The notes below the pieces were generated by a model, which searched no databases, was not told the DNA's origin, and was given only the letters and a program-made list of their open reading frames with translations. A stretch of 64,000 nucleotides of DNA from the human T2T-CHM13v2.0 reference genome, Homo sapiens. The DNA is taken from NCBI RefSeq assembly GCF_009914755.1, contig NC_060927.1, one strand, 5' to 3'. Both the position numbers and the translations under genes were made by a program. This document shows positions 1 to 14,615 of the stretch, piece by piece (the first letter of the stretch is position 1; each line of letters begins with the position of its first letter).

Positions 1-373
<373 letters not shown>

Positions 374-1074
374 TTAAGCTGATGAAGTTGTTCTTCAAAA
401 ATTAAGAGACACTAACACAATGTGTAGTACTTGTACTTGTAAAACAGTAATTAATGAATAAATGGTTTGACTCATATTCTAAAGAATCATAAAATAAAGA
501 CTATCATTAAAATATTTCAGTGAAGGAATAAAATAACCTAGGTCTTATTAAAAATTACCACTTCATGAGAAAAACAAGGAGAATGTATCAATATTTTACT
601 TACTACTGATGCTTATTAAATAACTCTGAGGTACCAATCTATAAAAAAATCAATGGTAATTTCCAGATTCATCTAACAAAGCATGATTCCTCTTAACTCT
701 GTCTTGTTTAGGAATTGACATAATGATGAAGAGGATATGATTTTTTTCGGCCCATCTACCCTGAAATGGCTCCATCATTCATCTCTTTCTCCATCCCACT
801 TACTCAAGTGATTCTTTCAACGATAGTGCCCTGTCCCTAACCTCAGGGTTTAGAAACATGGCCCCAAGACTAACAGATTGCAGTAACTTAGTCCAAAGGA
901 GGACATATGAGCCACACCAGGTCAGAGAAGTTCTGAGAGATTTGGTGTTCAGATGCTGAGAGTTGCTTTCTTTTCCCCTCATTTGCAAGCTGAGATGTCT
1001 GCAATGAGTTGCCAATAGCCTTTGTTTCCCCAGAACAAAGAAATCATATTGTAGCCTGAGAAAATGAAGCTGTT

Positions 1075-1480
1075 CTAGCCACTTCTAAGATTGTTCCTAC
1101 TGAACCTCACCTCTTGGTATTCATGCTGTCATATAGTCCCCTTCCATAATAAACAGGGCTAACATATGTAACCAATAGCACACATTGCAAAAATGATGGT
1201 GTGTGACTCCTCAGGCTAGTTCACAAGACTTCTGCCTTACACTGTTTGTCTTAGATCATCTCTGAGGGAAACCAGCTGCCATGTTGTGAAGACACTCAAG
1301 CAAGCCATGTGTGTGAACTACCATGTTGAAAATGGACCCTCCAAATCCAATCAAGCCTTCAAGAGATTATTGATGTCATGGCCAACATCCTGACTACAAC
1401 CTCATGAAAAAACCTCAGCAAATGCTTCCTAACCAAGCTTCTTCTGAACTCCAGACCTATAGAAAATGTGTGAGATAATT
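1075..1480 (+). mobile_element. MaLR LTR (MLT1F/G/H-like)
   Basis: MLT1 motifs CTGGTATTCATG, GTAACCAATAG, GATGGTGTGTGAC, CCAGCTGCCATGTTGTGA, ACTACAACCTCATGA. Confidence 0.6.
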
Positions 1481-2499
1481 GTTCTTCAGCCCAGTCAAGA
1501 CCCTAAGAAGATGGGGGTGGAATTCTGCCTCCTCTACACAAATTCTTGCCACGACTTAGTGACACCTTTAATGAACCGAGCACTGGGTTAAAGTTTTCTC
1601 TAATTCTTAAATAACTCTGCTAGGTAAGTTGCCATTATTATGATCAAACCATACTGAATGTTTGAGTACCTTGACTAAGAAATAAAACTGGGTTTTTGAC
1701 AAAGGTCTATTTAATACCAATGGCCAAGTTCTTTCCACCATGACTCCACGGTTCCTAGTTTCATATACTTACATTAATCTCAGATAAGACAAGAGTAACC
1801 GTTTATAACACTCTTCATTCAAAGAAAATTCTTAGTTATCACAAATTAAATTTTAATTGTTTGAAAATTAATAATTCCTTCTTATGAATAGTTTATATCT
1901 CAACCACATTGAGGAAGTACTTTATTTGACACCTTCCTTCCATATTTCCCCTCCAGGCAGAATAAACTCTTTCACAGTGTAGCCCTTAGTAATTAAAAAT
2001 GGCTTTCTCTTCCTAATGGATTATAAAATATTGAGGCAGTAATTTGAGCTTAGTCATTGTTTGTACACATTTTTCTATTACAAAGTGATACAATCATACC
2101 AATTTTGAAATAGATCAAAAAAATTAAAATCCTAACCTATTTACTCACTTATTTTCCCAAAACTTATTATATATGATATTAACGAATATTACATAGGATG
2201 CATGAGATCTAAGTACAAATTAACTTGGAAAAATATGGGTTAAATGAATTTTAGCAGAATTATTTCCTGTAGAATCTTTACTGTTTTGGTTTGTATTGTA
2301 ACTTCAAAATTGAAGATTATGTGCAGTTTTTCTAATCTATTTGACCACTGAACTCTTTTATCATAAAGCTTCTGGATTAGTGTTCCATGAAACTTTAGGA
2401 ATGAGTTCAATATTCTATTATATATTGGGGCTCTTCTCACTTTTGTAAATAAGTCCAGGATAAATATCCTTAGGCATTTACATTGTGTTTCATATGTTT

Positions 2500-3250
2500 T
2501 GGGAAATTCTAGGGTAAATACCCAAAGCCTCAAAGATATTGTTTCAAAGATTATTAGCAACTTAAGTTTTTCATCTATATTTTTAAATGGCTTTCAAAAT
2601 GATTATAACCGCTTTTAGAATACAATCAAGTCATGGGAATGTCAGTTTTATTGAACTATTATCAGCATTAGGTAGTGCATTTTTTCCTTAATTTTGCTAG
2701 TGAAACAAGTGGAAAATGATAACTCATAGCTATGACAATTTTTATTTTTGATTAGGAGGTAGAACACTTCTCTGTATGTTTTATTAGAATTTCCTCTTTA
2801 TGCAACTTATACTACCGAACTTTACACATGCATGAATGGTAACACAGAAGAATTATTATTTTTAAGAGTTTTATAATCTCTTATGTTTAGCACATAACAA
2901 CTATCAGATTTTGATTGTTGATAAATTTTTTATTAATTTTTAATTTTGCATAAGCCATTTTTGCCAAAATTAAAGTATTAATTTTGTCATATACATCGGT
3001 GCTATTTTATTATTCCTTCCATATTACAGATAAACGCAAACTATATTTACCCTAGGGCTTTGTTGTTGTTGTTTTGGGTTTTTTGAATTAAAATTTAATT
3101 CAATCTGACAGGTATTTTTGGTGCATAATATAGAGTTAGTCCTTAAATTTTCATTTTCCCTCAAATGGCTAACCAATTATACAGAGAAGATTTGTTTTTT
3201 AAAATCTTATTTTTCCATTTATATCTTTCTTCTTTAATCCACTGCTTTTA
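2500..3250 (-). mobile_element. Ancient L1ME-type ORF2 fragments
   Basis: Degenerate T-rich match to antisense L1 3' ORF2. Confidence 0.4.
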
Positions 3251-3254
3251 GTTT

Positions 3255-4310
3255 TCAGTTTGCAGTAAAATTCACTGTCATTTTTGTAAAATTCCATAAA
3301 TTTTAACATATATTTAAATTTGTGTAACCACCAATAAAATCAGCACATAAAACACCACATCACCCCCCAAATCTTCCTTGTGTTATTCATTTGTAGGCAT
3401 ACCCTTTTTACACCTGGCAATTACTAATCTGTTCTATGTCATTCGTTTTTTCTTTTCAAGAATGTAGGTAGAATAAAAAAGTGTGTGCCCCTTTGAGACT
3501 GGCTTTTTAACTCAGGCTGATGGTTTTTAGATACTTCCAAATTATGTGTATTAATAGGTTGTTCTTTTTGTTACTGAGAATTTCTCCATAGTATGAAGAT
3601 ACCACAATTTGCATATTCATTCACCCCTTGAAGGACACTAGCGTTTTTCCAAATTTTTGGTAATTATAAATCCCTCATACAGGCTGTTTTGTGAATTTAA
3701 GTTTTTATTTATCTAGAATAAATACCAAGGGCAATATTTTGGTCATTATATGCTTAACTTTATAAGAAACTGCAAATTATTTTCCCCCCAAGAAAGTATT
3801 ATTTTGAATTTCTACCAGCAATTTATGAGAGTTCCAATTGCTCCCCATTGTCATTAGCAGTTTGTATCATAAGTACTTTTTAAAGTTTTAGACATAACTA
3901 ATGGTTTCTAGTGGAATCACACCGTGGTTTTAATTTGCATTTCCTTAATGACTAATGATATTGAACACTTTTTTTCTTAACTCCTAGTTCAAAGGAAGAA
4001 ACATATTTTAATGTGTTTACGTGTCATACATATATTCTCTTTGCTGAAGTATTTGTTCAAGTCTGTTGACTGGAGTTTTGAGATTACGTACCCACACATA
4101 CACACAAACATATATATATTTTTTCTTTCTAGATATAAGTCTTTTATTGGCAGGGCCACCCTGAAGGTCACTCATTAATTCTTTTCTTTAATATACTATG
4201 CTTTTTATGTCATATATAAGAACACTTTTTCCTGATCCAGTTCATAAAGATTTTCTCGTATATGTTCTACTAAAAGTTTTATAGTTTTACATTTTGAAAT
4301 CTGTGGTCCA
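3255..4310 (-). mobile_element. L1MC/L1MB-type 3' end
   Basis: Antisense L1M motifs TGTGTAACCACCA, CTGGCAATTACTAATCTG, TGGTTTTAATTTGCATTTCCTTAATGACTAATGAT. Confidence 0.75.
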
Positions 4311-4455
4311 AACATTACGAGTGACTTACAGGTTTTTATTTATATTCTGAAATTTTCAAAAATGACTATACTTTTTACACTACTAACAAAGCATGACGAT
4401 GCCAGTTGTATTGATCTCTAACCAGCATTAGATATTATTTATTTTTTAATGTTTG

Positions 4456-4926
4456 TTTGTTCATTGCAGCACTATTCACAATAGCAAAGACATGGAATCA
4501 ACCTAAATGCCTATCAATGATAGACTGGATAAAGAAAATGTTATACATATACACCATGAAATATTATACAGCCATAAAAAAGAACAAGATCATGTTCTTT
4601 GCAGGGACGTGGATGGAGCTGGAGAGTATCATCCTTAGCAAACTAACACAGGAACAGTAAACCAAATACTGCATGTTCTCATTTATAAGTGTGACCTAAA
4701 TGATGATAACACATGGGCACATAGAGGAGAACAATACACATTGGGGTCTTTTCGAGGGTGGAGGGTAAGAGGAGGAAGAGGATCAGGAAAAATAACTAAT
4801 GGATAGTAGGCTTAATACCTGTGTGATGAAATACTGTGTACAATGAACCCCGATGACACAAGTTTACCCATGTAACAAAACTGCAATTGTACCCCTGAAC
4901 TTAAAAGTTAAAAAATAAATAAATAA
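4456..4926 (+). mobile_element. 5'-truncated old L1PA (L1PA13-16-like) 3' end
   Basis: ORF 4457-4660 is the ORF2p C-terminus (MFIAALFTIAKTWNQPKC...GTWMELE); 3'UTR and (TAAA)n tail; candidate TSD AATGTTTG. Confidence 0.9.
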
Positions 4927-5079
4927 ATGTTTGCTAATCGAATAGGTGGAAAACAGTTACAGCTATGCATGTAGGTTTTGAGTATTCTTATCTGCATTCT
5001 TATTGCTATACCGACTTTGTTTTGTTCAGCATTTCACAGAATATTCTTTGTCATTCTTTTACTTCATATCTTACGTTTA

Positions 5080-6200
5080 TATTTAGAGTGTGTATTTTGC
5101 AACAATAGAAGTAGGATTGTCACTTGATTATATTATTTACATTTGAAAACACATATATTTGAATTTAAATCTATGTTCTATTTGTTTTCTATTTTCTCCT
5201 TTCATTCTTTTTTCTTTCTCTTGCATTTTGACTGAACTATTTTGTTTTTATTGCATTTATTCTCTGTTATCTTGTTGATAATATTGTGGTTTATTATTAT
5301 TTTATTTCTTATCCCAGAGATTACAATATCTTTCCTCTACTTATTAGAGTCCATTGCAGATTGCTAATTTTACCATATATTGGAAAATTCCAGAACCTTT
5401 CAACACTTTGATTTTGCTCATGTCTCACTTGTTTTACGTCATTTATTACAATTCTACATTTGTTTAAACCCCAAAATACATTGTTGTCATTTTAAAGTTA
5501 TTATTTTTTAGTTTTACTACACATTCACCATTTTGATGATTAGTTCCTTACTGTACTAACCTGCTTTTATCTGAGATCATTTTCCCTCACTCTAGAGATT
5601 GTCCTTAATATTTATTGAGCATGGGTCTGCAGGTGGCAAATTCTTTCACTTTTCTTTGCCCAAAAATATCTTAAAGTTACTTTTATTTTTGAAGGATGTT
5701 TTCAATAGATACACAATCTATTTTGGCAGGTATTTCTATTTCTCAATTTGTAAGTATTATTCCATAAAATTTGGCTTCCAATTTTTCTGTTGAAAAGTCA
5801 GCTTTCACATAATTTTTCACATAATTTTTAGTCTGATGTTTTGTTTTCCTTTTGTCTTTCCCTTTTAAAGGTGGAATTTTTTAAAAGATGTTTGGTGCAA
5901 TTTTTGTTGAATTTATTCTGCTTGGTGATTTTGAATTTGTAATTTGACATATTTTGGCAGTAGGAGAAAATTCTTGGGCAGCATTTCTTTGACTATTACT
6001 TTTATTCTAGGCTCCTTCTCCTCTTCTAGGACTATAGTTACACCTGCATTAGAACTTTTCATGATGAACCATGTATCTCTAATATTTTTCCTGTATTTTT
6101 CCATATCTGTTTCCTACCCATGATTTGTTCCAGATATTTTAGTGAGTTGTTTACAGCTCATGAAATCTCTCCAGCTTTGACCAATTGGCAGTTCGACTCA
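5080..6200 (-). mobile_element. Ancient L1ME/HAL1-type ORF1 region
   Basis: ORF 5913-6104(-) IRDTWFIMKSSN...KEMLPKNF...LQIQ resembles L1 ORF1p. Confidence 0.6.
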
Positions 6201-7149
6201 TCTATATTTGATTTTGACGTATTTGTTCAAAATGGTGAAAAATGCTTATACAATTTATAAACTACTCCAGAAGACGTTTGCCTCTTCCAGGGAATGGGCT
6301 TTGGGCCCTTACTCCTAGAGTGCAGGTCTTCAGGAGAGTCAGGTGAAAGTCTGGAGCTCTACCCAAGCTTTTGCTCCATACCATAAACTCCAGTGTTTTT
6401 CACTCCTGTTGTATGAGTCAGCCAGATGCTCTGCTTATAATAGCAGCTTCCCTTCCCCTGCATTCTGTTCAGATTCTGGGACTCATGACCCTGCATGGTT
6501 TAGGATAAGACAAATGACTTGATGAACAAAAGCTGCTTAAAATATCTACCTTACTTCCTTTTGGTTTCCTTTCCTCTAGCATCTTGCCTTCAAAAGACTT
6601 GCTTTCCTTTATTGTGCTCAGACTTCAAACAGCTTTTTGTTATCATTTTATGTAGCTTTCATAGCTGTGTGGAGGGAAGACTGGCTTCATACAACCACTT
6701 TGTCATAGTTAGAAGGCGATGTCCCCTTTTACTTTCTACCCTATATATTTGTGTATTGCTTTTCAACACATATGTATTCATTAATTCTCATATACAATTT
6801 TTAAAGGAAAATAAAAGGTTTAATAATCAGGATTAAAAATGGAGAACAGACACAGAAACTGTGTATACAGTAATGCGGTTATGAGAATATTTAAGACAAG
6901 AGTGTCAAAATAAACAAAGAATTTCTAGTAGCTGGATTTGGCAGGTTTACCTAGTAAGTTTAAAACTTAAGATTAAGTTTAAAGATAAAGATTGTATATT
7001 TAGAAATAAGAGGACAATAATATTCTTAGTTTATGATGTTGAGGCAACCACTGATATTTGCAGCAAAAACATATTAGGATTGACTTGTGAAAGGATTCTC
7101 AATGAGAGAAAGCTTCAAGATAATTAATGATCTGGTACTAAGCATTGTG

Positions 7150-7491
7150 GAAGAAAGCTCTAAGTCTTTTACACATGGGAAATAATTGATGGGACCTTGT
7201 TTATAGAAATACACTTTCATAGAATAAAGAAAACAAGAGAGAAGTTATGTTTTCTAATATTATTGAATTGTAGGTATTTGTAAAGCAAGAACATTTTGAA
7301 AAATTTATCTCAACCAAAACCTGGCCTCGACATATTTAAAATCTTTCAGACCTTTAATTTTTTTCTTACATTTTATGCTGATACATAATTTAAACAAATG
7401 ACTACATATTTGTAATACTATTATAAAAATGTGTACATGGCAGGAAGACATGGTAAGTGAACACACATTCACTATAAAATTAAACAACTGA
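7150..7491 (+). repeat. Local direct duplication, copy A (pairs with 10173-10522)
   Basis: Colinear match from GAAGAAAGCTCTAAGTCTTTTA to CACTATAAAATTAAACAACTGA, about 85% identical by eye. Confidence 0.95.
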
Positions 7492-8644
7492 GTAAACAAC
7501 CTTTCCCCAATCTTCATATATGAGATCTTGTCCCATCATTAACTTTCTTAAGTTAGATTTCACCACTTCTTTTAAAGAGAAATCAGCTGTTATTAGATTC
7601 ATCATATTCCCCTCGTGATACACATTAACTGAAGGAGTGAGCAGCAACTTCTTTGCTGAATGGAATTGCTGTACATTTCAATAAGTCTGTCTTAACATCT
7701 GCAAAATATAAATTCCACATCTACTACTGTTTAATAAGTCTCATGATTATTGATCTTTACAAGTATCTATGCTTATTGATTGGTCTCGTATTTTACTTCT
7801 GCTCTTTTGTAACTCTCAGAATCTCTTAGCTCTGAGATTTGAAAAGCAGGCAAAAAAACCAAACACACAAAAAACATAATCTCATCTCCACATTGTTTTT
7901 GCCATTTTAAGGTCTGAAGTTTTAGTTTCTGTCCCCTCCACCCTGCTTTTCCATCCCTTTGTTTCACTAAGCTATAATTGTCTGCCCAATGTAGATTACA
8001 TTTTACATCTCAGATCAGAGAAACATGTGGAAGGAAATGCAGAAGTTAAAAATAACATGATTTGAATGTTTTATTCAAGGCATACTTAAATAGGCAGCGT
8101 CATTAACAACACTGATTGACAATATGGCTGAATGCAAAAGCTATCCAAAAAGGGAGTGTTTGCCCCTGCAAAACAACAAGATGTTAGGCCATGGTAATAT
8201 TAGGTTCAATGTTTCACTTGGCAGCTTCCATAGAGTCAGGAAATTTGGCTTTCTGACTTCAAGTTTAATATTACTGAAAAAGTCTGTAATGTACACTACA
8301 GAAGGGAAAAAGGAAGAGAAGTGGCACATACGGATTGTTACTACTGGAGGAGAACTGTGCTAATCCTAGAAGATTTCTTATCGTTAGCCTCATTGTTCAG
8401 ATGGAAACACTGTAGTAAAAAATTTTAAGTCAATTTCCTAAAGCAGCATACCCTTTTAAAGGGCTAAATCTAAATGAGGTATGGCTAACTGTAAGGCCAA
8501 AAACTGAAGAGAATTAATACCCAGTCAACAAAATATATGCATATATGTGGTGTATACGTAAAATTTATGAATTACATTTTTAAACAGGATAAAATGTGAA
8601 ATTTTATAAAAAGAGACCCAAACAATAACAATAGCAATGACTAT

Positions 8645-8855
8645 TTAATATTATGAATGCTTATTATATTCTAGAAACTCTTAAAAACTTTACCTGCTGG
8701 ATTTATTTAATCATCAAAAAAACTATAAAATAGGCACTAATATTTTTCCTATTTTATAGGTGGAGACTGTGTCAGCACAGAAAGGTTAAGATCATACAAG
8801 TAAAAGCTGTCAAAGACAGAATAGGAACATCCAGAATCCTTGCCCTAACCATTAC
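8645..8855 (-). mobile_element. MIR
   Basis: Reverse MIR core CCTATTTTATAGGTGGAGACTG...AGAAAGGTTAAG. Confidence 0.55.
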
Positions 8856-8955
8856 AACACAGGGCCATAGGATAATTTACATATCATAAATTTGATTAGG
8901 AAATTAATAGAGGGAGGTCAATTCACTTTTCATTAAACTTTCATCCTGGCAAGAT

Positions 8956-10024
8956 TATCGGGGAACATGCCCCGATAGTCATGTTGGTTCTTTTCTATTT
9001 TCCCTAAGCATTGGCCGGTTTGAGAAATAAAGGGACAGAGTACAAAAGAGAGAAATTTTAAAACTGGGTGTCCGGGGAGACATCACATGTCGGTAGGTTC
9101 CATGATGCCCCACAAGCCGTAAAACCAGCAAGTTTTTATTAGGGAGTTTCAAAAGGGGAGGGAGTATACAAATAGGGTGTGGGTCACAGACATCAAGTAC
9201 TTCACAAGGTAATAGAATATCACAAGTCAAATGGAGGCAGGGCAAGATCACAGTACCACAGGACCACGGTGAAATTAAAATTTCTAATGAAGTTTTGGGC
9301 ACCACTGTCATTGATAACATCTTATCAGGAGACAGGGTTTTGAGAGCAACTAGTCTGACCAAAATTTATTAGGTGGGAATTTCTTCTTCCTAATAAGCCT
9401 GGGAGCACTATGGGAGACTGGGGTCTATTTCACCCCTACAGTCTACAGGCCATAAAAGATGGCCATGCCCGGGGGGACCGTCTATAGACCTACCCCCAGG
9501 CGCCTATTCTCTTTCCCAGGGATGTTCCTTGCTGAGAAAAAGAATTCAGCGATATTTCTCCCATTTGCTTTTGAAAGAAGAGAAATATGGCTCTGTTCCA
9601 CCTGGCTCACCAGCGGTCAGAGTTTAAGGTTATCTCTCTTGTTCCCTCAACACTGCTGTTACCCTGGTCTTTTTTCAAGGTGTCCAGATTTCATATTGTT
9701 CAAACACACATGCTGTACAATTTGTACAGTTAATGCAATTATTACAGGGTCCTGAGGTGACATACATCCTCCTCAGCTGACAGGATTAAGAGACTAAAGT
9801 AAAGACAGGCATAGGAAATCACAAGGGTATTGATTGGGGAAGTGATAAGTGTCCATGAAATCTTTACAATTCATGTTTAGAGACTGCAGTAAAGACAGGC
9901 ATAAGAAATTATAAAAGTATTAATTTGGGGAACTAATAAATGTCCATGAAATCTTCACAATCCACGTTCTTCTGCCGTGGCTTCAGCCGGTCCCTTCATT
10001 TGGGGTCCCTGACATCCCGCAACA
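8956..10024 (-). mobile_element. Solo LTR MER11 (HERV-K11/HML-8; B/C-like)
   Basis: Minus strand starts TGTTGCGGGATGTCAGGGACCCC and ends CCCCGATA; perfect 6-bp TSD CAAGAT at 8950-8955 and 10025-10030. Confidence 0.93.
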
Positions 10025-10172
10025 CAAGATGACAAAGTCAACTGAGAGAAAATTAAATAAATAATATCTAAACACTGTTTTCCACTTCTGTAACCATAAA
10101 AAGTTTTTACTTACTTGTGAAAAAATAGTAGAGGTAGCTATCCTGATTTAAATATGTTTACATATACATGTA

Positions 10173-10522
10173 GAAGAAAGCTCTAAGTCTTTTATACGTC
10201 GGAAATAATTGATGAGCACTTGTTTAGAGAAATACATTTTCATAGAATAGATACAGAAAAAAAGAAAGAAGTTAGGTTTTCTAATATTATTGAATTGTAG
10301 GTATTTGTAAAGCAAGAACATTTTTAAAAGTTTATCTCAACCAAAACATTGCCTTGAGATGTTTAAGTTCTATCAGATGTTTAATATTGTTTTTCTCTCA
10401 CATTTTATGCTGATACATAATTTAAACAAATGACCACATATTTGTAATACTGTTATTAAAATGCATACATGCAGGAAGGCATGGTAAGTAAGCACACATT
10501 CACTATAAAATTAAACAACTGA
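10173..10522 (+). repeat. Local direct duplication, copy B (pairs with 7150-7491)
   Basis: Same alignment as copy A; flanked by TA/CA-rich microsatellite-like sequence. Confidence 0.95.
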
Positions 10523-13099
10523 ATGTGTGTGTATATATATACATATATATATATAAATTTAATACTTTTGACAAAGCTGAATTATTTTCTCAGTTCTTCA
10601 TTGAATTTAAATATAATCAGTTGCCTACTGGAGAAAAGAACACATACAAAAATATCCCAAGCAAAATAAAGATCAACAAGAAAAAATTGAGTGTGTTAGA
10701 TAAAATGACATATTAAAAGAGTCCAGAAACATTTAGTTAAGGTTTCTATTGGTGGCTTTTGCACCTAAAGTTTTTTATTTCTATTTGAGTCAGGAAACTG
10801 GGAAGTTGGAGGACCTCAGTCTGATTATTTGCCTTTCTTTAGTTCAATTTTTTAATTTTATTTTTTAAAATCTATGTATTCATAGTTAACTATTACTATC
10901 TTACTGCAGTGATATAAAAACTAACTGATTTCACATACAGCACTTAAGAAAGCTCATAGAAGAACCTATCAATAAGCTTTATTTGTTTCTGGCATCTGTT
11001 ACTGACATTGTAAAAGGTCTTTGGAAGAAGTGAGAGCATTTTCTAGGAAGTGTTCAGATTCAGCCATGTCTCCTTCTCCTCAGAAGCAAATGGAAGGACT
11101 TTTCAGAGAGATCACAGAAAATACTAGCATAATCTCCTGGTGCCATACAGGGAAGTGTGCCTGGGGGAGGTGAGTAACAACAGGGTGGGTGCCTTGAAAA
11201 TGTTCATTGGATGGAGGCAGAGCAAGATGGCCAAATGGAAGCTTCTACTGACTGTCCTCCTTGCAAAAATACCAAATGGAACAACTTTCTGTACCAAAAA
11301 GCACCTTCATGAGAACCAAAAATCAGGTAAGTGATCACAGTACCTGGTTTTAACTTCCTATCTTTGAAAGAGGAACTGAAGAGGATAGGAAAGGCAGTGT
11401 GGAATTGCCAGTACTTCCCCTCTCTCCTGTCCCCTAGCAGCAGATGCAGGATATGGACAGAGAATCTGTGAGCTTGGGGAAAAGACAGCACATTGAATGT
11501 GGGACTTTGCATGGGCAGGCTGTGCTCCCAGCACTGAGCAGAGCTCATCTGGTGCCTATAAAGGGAGCATTTAGATAAGCTCTAGACAGAGGGGAATCAC
11601 CCATTCCATTGGTTGAAACTTGAGTTTTGGCAAGACTTGCCACTGTGGGCTAAAGTGTTTTGGGGTTCTAAATAATCTTGAAATGCAATCTAAGCCACAA
11701 AAATTGTAACTCCTAGGCAAATCCTAGTGGTGTGCTGCGCTTGGAACCAGTGAATGTGGGAGACATGCAACCTAGGGAGACATCATCTGGGTGTCTATGG
11801 GAGTGCTTCTGCTACTCCTCCCTCAATCCCAGGCAGTGCAGCTCACAGCTCCAAAAGATAACGTCCCCTCCACTTGAGGAGAAGAGAGGGAAGACAAAGA
11901 GGACTTTCTCTTGCAACTTGGACACCAGCTTAGCCACAACAGGATAGGGCAATGGGCAGAGATGCGAGGCCCTCATTCTAGGGCCTACCTCCCAGCTGAC
12001 ATTTCTAGAAACACACTGGGACAGAAGGGAATATGCTGCCTGAAGGGGAGAACCCAGTCCTAGCAGGATTTATCGCCTGCTGATTAAAGAGTCCCTGAGT
12101 CTTGAATTATAAGCAGTGGTAACCAGCTAGTACACACAGTGGGCTATACCGGCTTCAAAGTTGTGGTGGCTACAAGGAGAGATCCCTTCTTCTTGAGAAA
12201 AGCAGAGGAAAGAATAAAAGGAACTTTGTCTTATAGCTTAGGTACCAGCTCAGCCACAAGGATAGAGTATCGAGGAGGCTCTTGGGATCTGCAGTTCTAG
12301 GCCTTGGCTCTTGGATGGCATTTGTGGACCCATCATGGGCCAGAGGGAAGCCCACTGCTTCCCACAGTCACCACTAGCTGACTGAAGATCTCTTGGACCT
12401 TAAGTGAACATCAGCAGTGGCCTGGCAGTAGTCCAAATGGACCGGTGGTTGTGGTGGACATGGAAGCAGACTCCTCTGCCAGGGAAAGGAAAGAGAAAAG
12501 AAAAGTGGGAATGACTTTGTCTTATGGTTTCAGTATTAGCTCAGTCGCAGTAGAATAGAGCATCAGGTAGATTTCTGAGATTCCAACTTCAAACCATGGC
12601 TTCTGGATGGCATCTCTGGACCTGCCTGGGGCCCAAGGAAACTTGTTGCCCGAAGGGAAGAAAAGAAGTCTGGTTGGCTTCATAACCTGCTGATTATGGA
12701 GCCTTAGGGCTCTGAGCAAACATAGGTGGTAGTCAAGTGGTGGTTACAGTGCACCTTGGGTGAGACTCAGTGCTGTGCTGGCTTTAGGTCTGATCCAGCA
12801 CAATCCCAATGGTGGTGGCCACAGGGTTGCTTCTTACACGACTTCCCCAGCTCCAGACAGCTCAGCAGAGAGAGGAGACTCTGTTTCCTCTCTGTTTGGA
12901 AGAACGTAAGGGAAGATAACAAGAGTTTCTGTCTGGTAATCCAGAGAATTCTTCTGGATCTTATCCAAGATCACCAAGACAGTACCTCAACCAGTCTGTA
13001 AGAATCACAGCTTTACAGGGCCTGGGGTGCCACCTAATGCAGATAACAGCTGTAGTGACCAAGAACTTGTATGATAAAAGACAAGTTCCTCTGAATACC

Positions 13100-14130
13100 T
13101 GGAAAATCTTTCCCAGAAGAATGGAAACAAACAATCCCAGATTGTGAAAACTAAAATTAGCACTACTTTTCAATGCCCAGAAAGCAATGAACATCCACAA
13201 GCATCAAGAGCATCGAGAAAAACATGACCTCCCCATACAAACTAAGTAAGACACAAGGGACCAATCCCAGAGAGACAGAAATATGTGACCTTTCAGACAG
13301 AGAATTCGAAACAGCTGTGTTAAGGAAACTCAAAGAAATTCAAGAAAATACAGAGAAAGAATTTAGAATTCTACCAGATATATTTAACAAAGATACTGAA
13401 ATAAGTAAAAAGAATCAAGCAGAAATTCTGGAATTGAAAAATGCAACTGATATACTGAAAAATGCCATATATCATTCTTACCAGAATTGATCATACAAAA
13501 GAGAGAATTAGTGAGCTTGAGGACAAGCTATTTGAAAACTCACAGTCACAGGAGAAAAAGAATAAAGAACAATGAAGCATGCCTACAAGATCTAGAAAAT
13601 AGCCTCAAAAGGGCAAATCTAAGAGACACTGGCCATAAAGAGAGGATAGAGAGAGAGAGCCTGGGGTAGAAAGTTTATGTAAAGTGCTATAAAAGAGGAC
13701 TGACCAAATCCAAAAAAAAAAAAAAAAAAAAATCAATACCCATGTACAAGAAGGTTATAGAACACCAAGCAGATTTAACCCAAAAACAATGACTTCAAGG
13801 CAAATCAAACTCCCAAGGTCAAGAATAAGGAAAAGATTCTAAAAGTAGCAAGAAAAATGAAATAAATGGCATCCAATGAAGCTCCAAAATATCTGGCAGC
13901 ACACTTTTCAGTGGAAACTTTAAAGGCCAGAAGAGAGTGACATGACAGGTTTAAAATGCCGAAGGAAAAAATATTTTATCCTAGAATAGTATATTTAGTG
14001 AAAATATCCTTCAAACAGTAAGAAGAAATAAAGATTTTCCCAGATAAGCAAAAGCTGAGGGATTTCATCAACACCAGACCTGTGCTATAAGAAATGCTAT
14101 AAGAAGTTCTACAATCTTAAAGAAAAAAAA
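13100..14130 (+). pseudogene. L1 ORF1p relic
   Basis: ORFs 13224-13490 (EICDLSDREFETAVLRKLKEIQENTEKEF) and 13487-13669 (LQDLENSLKRANLR); frameshifts and stops. Confidence 0.85.
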
Positions 14131-14615
14131 AAGAAAACATTTATGAGCAACAATAAATCATCTGAAGGTACAAAACTTGCTGGTAATAGTAAGCACACAG
14201 AAAAAGACATAATATAGCACTGCAATTGTGGCATGTAAACTATGCATATCTTAAGCAGAAAGATGAAAAGACAAACTGATCAGAAATAGTACAATAAGAT
14301 ATAAATAGAAATAACAAAAAGTTAAAAAGCAGGGGAATGAAGCTAAAATGTGGAGTCTTCATTAGTTTTCTCTTTGCTTGTATGTTTGTTTATGCAACAG
14401 TGTTAAGTTGTCATCAGATTAAAATATGGGTTACAAGATATTATTTGCAAGCCCCATGGTAACTCCACATCTAAAATATTATAACAGATACACAAAAGAC
14501 AAAAACCAAAAAATTAAAACATAGTACCAGAGAAAACCACCTTCACTAAAAGGAAGAAGGAAGGAAAGAAAGAAGGAAGAGAAGACCACAAAGCAACCAG
14601 AAAATAAATAGCCAA

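Noticed and set aside
2580-4970. Similarity between 2580-2735 and 4340-4970 (excluding the L1PA insert)
   Set aside because: Identity is low and both look like the same region of ancient L1ME ORF2. I cannot separate local duplication from independent fragments by eye.
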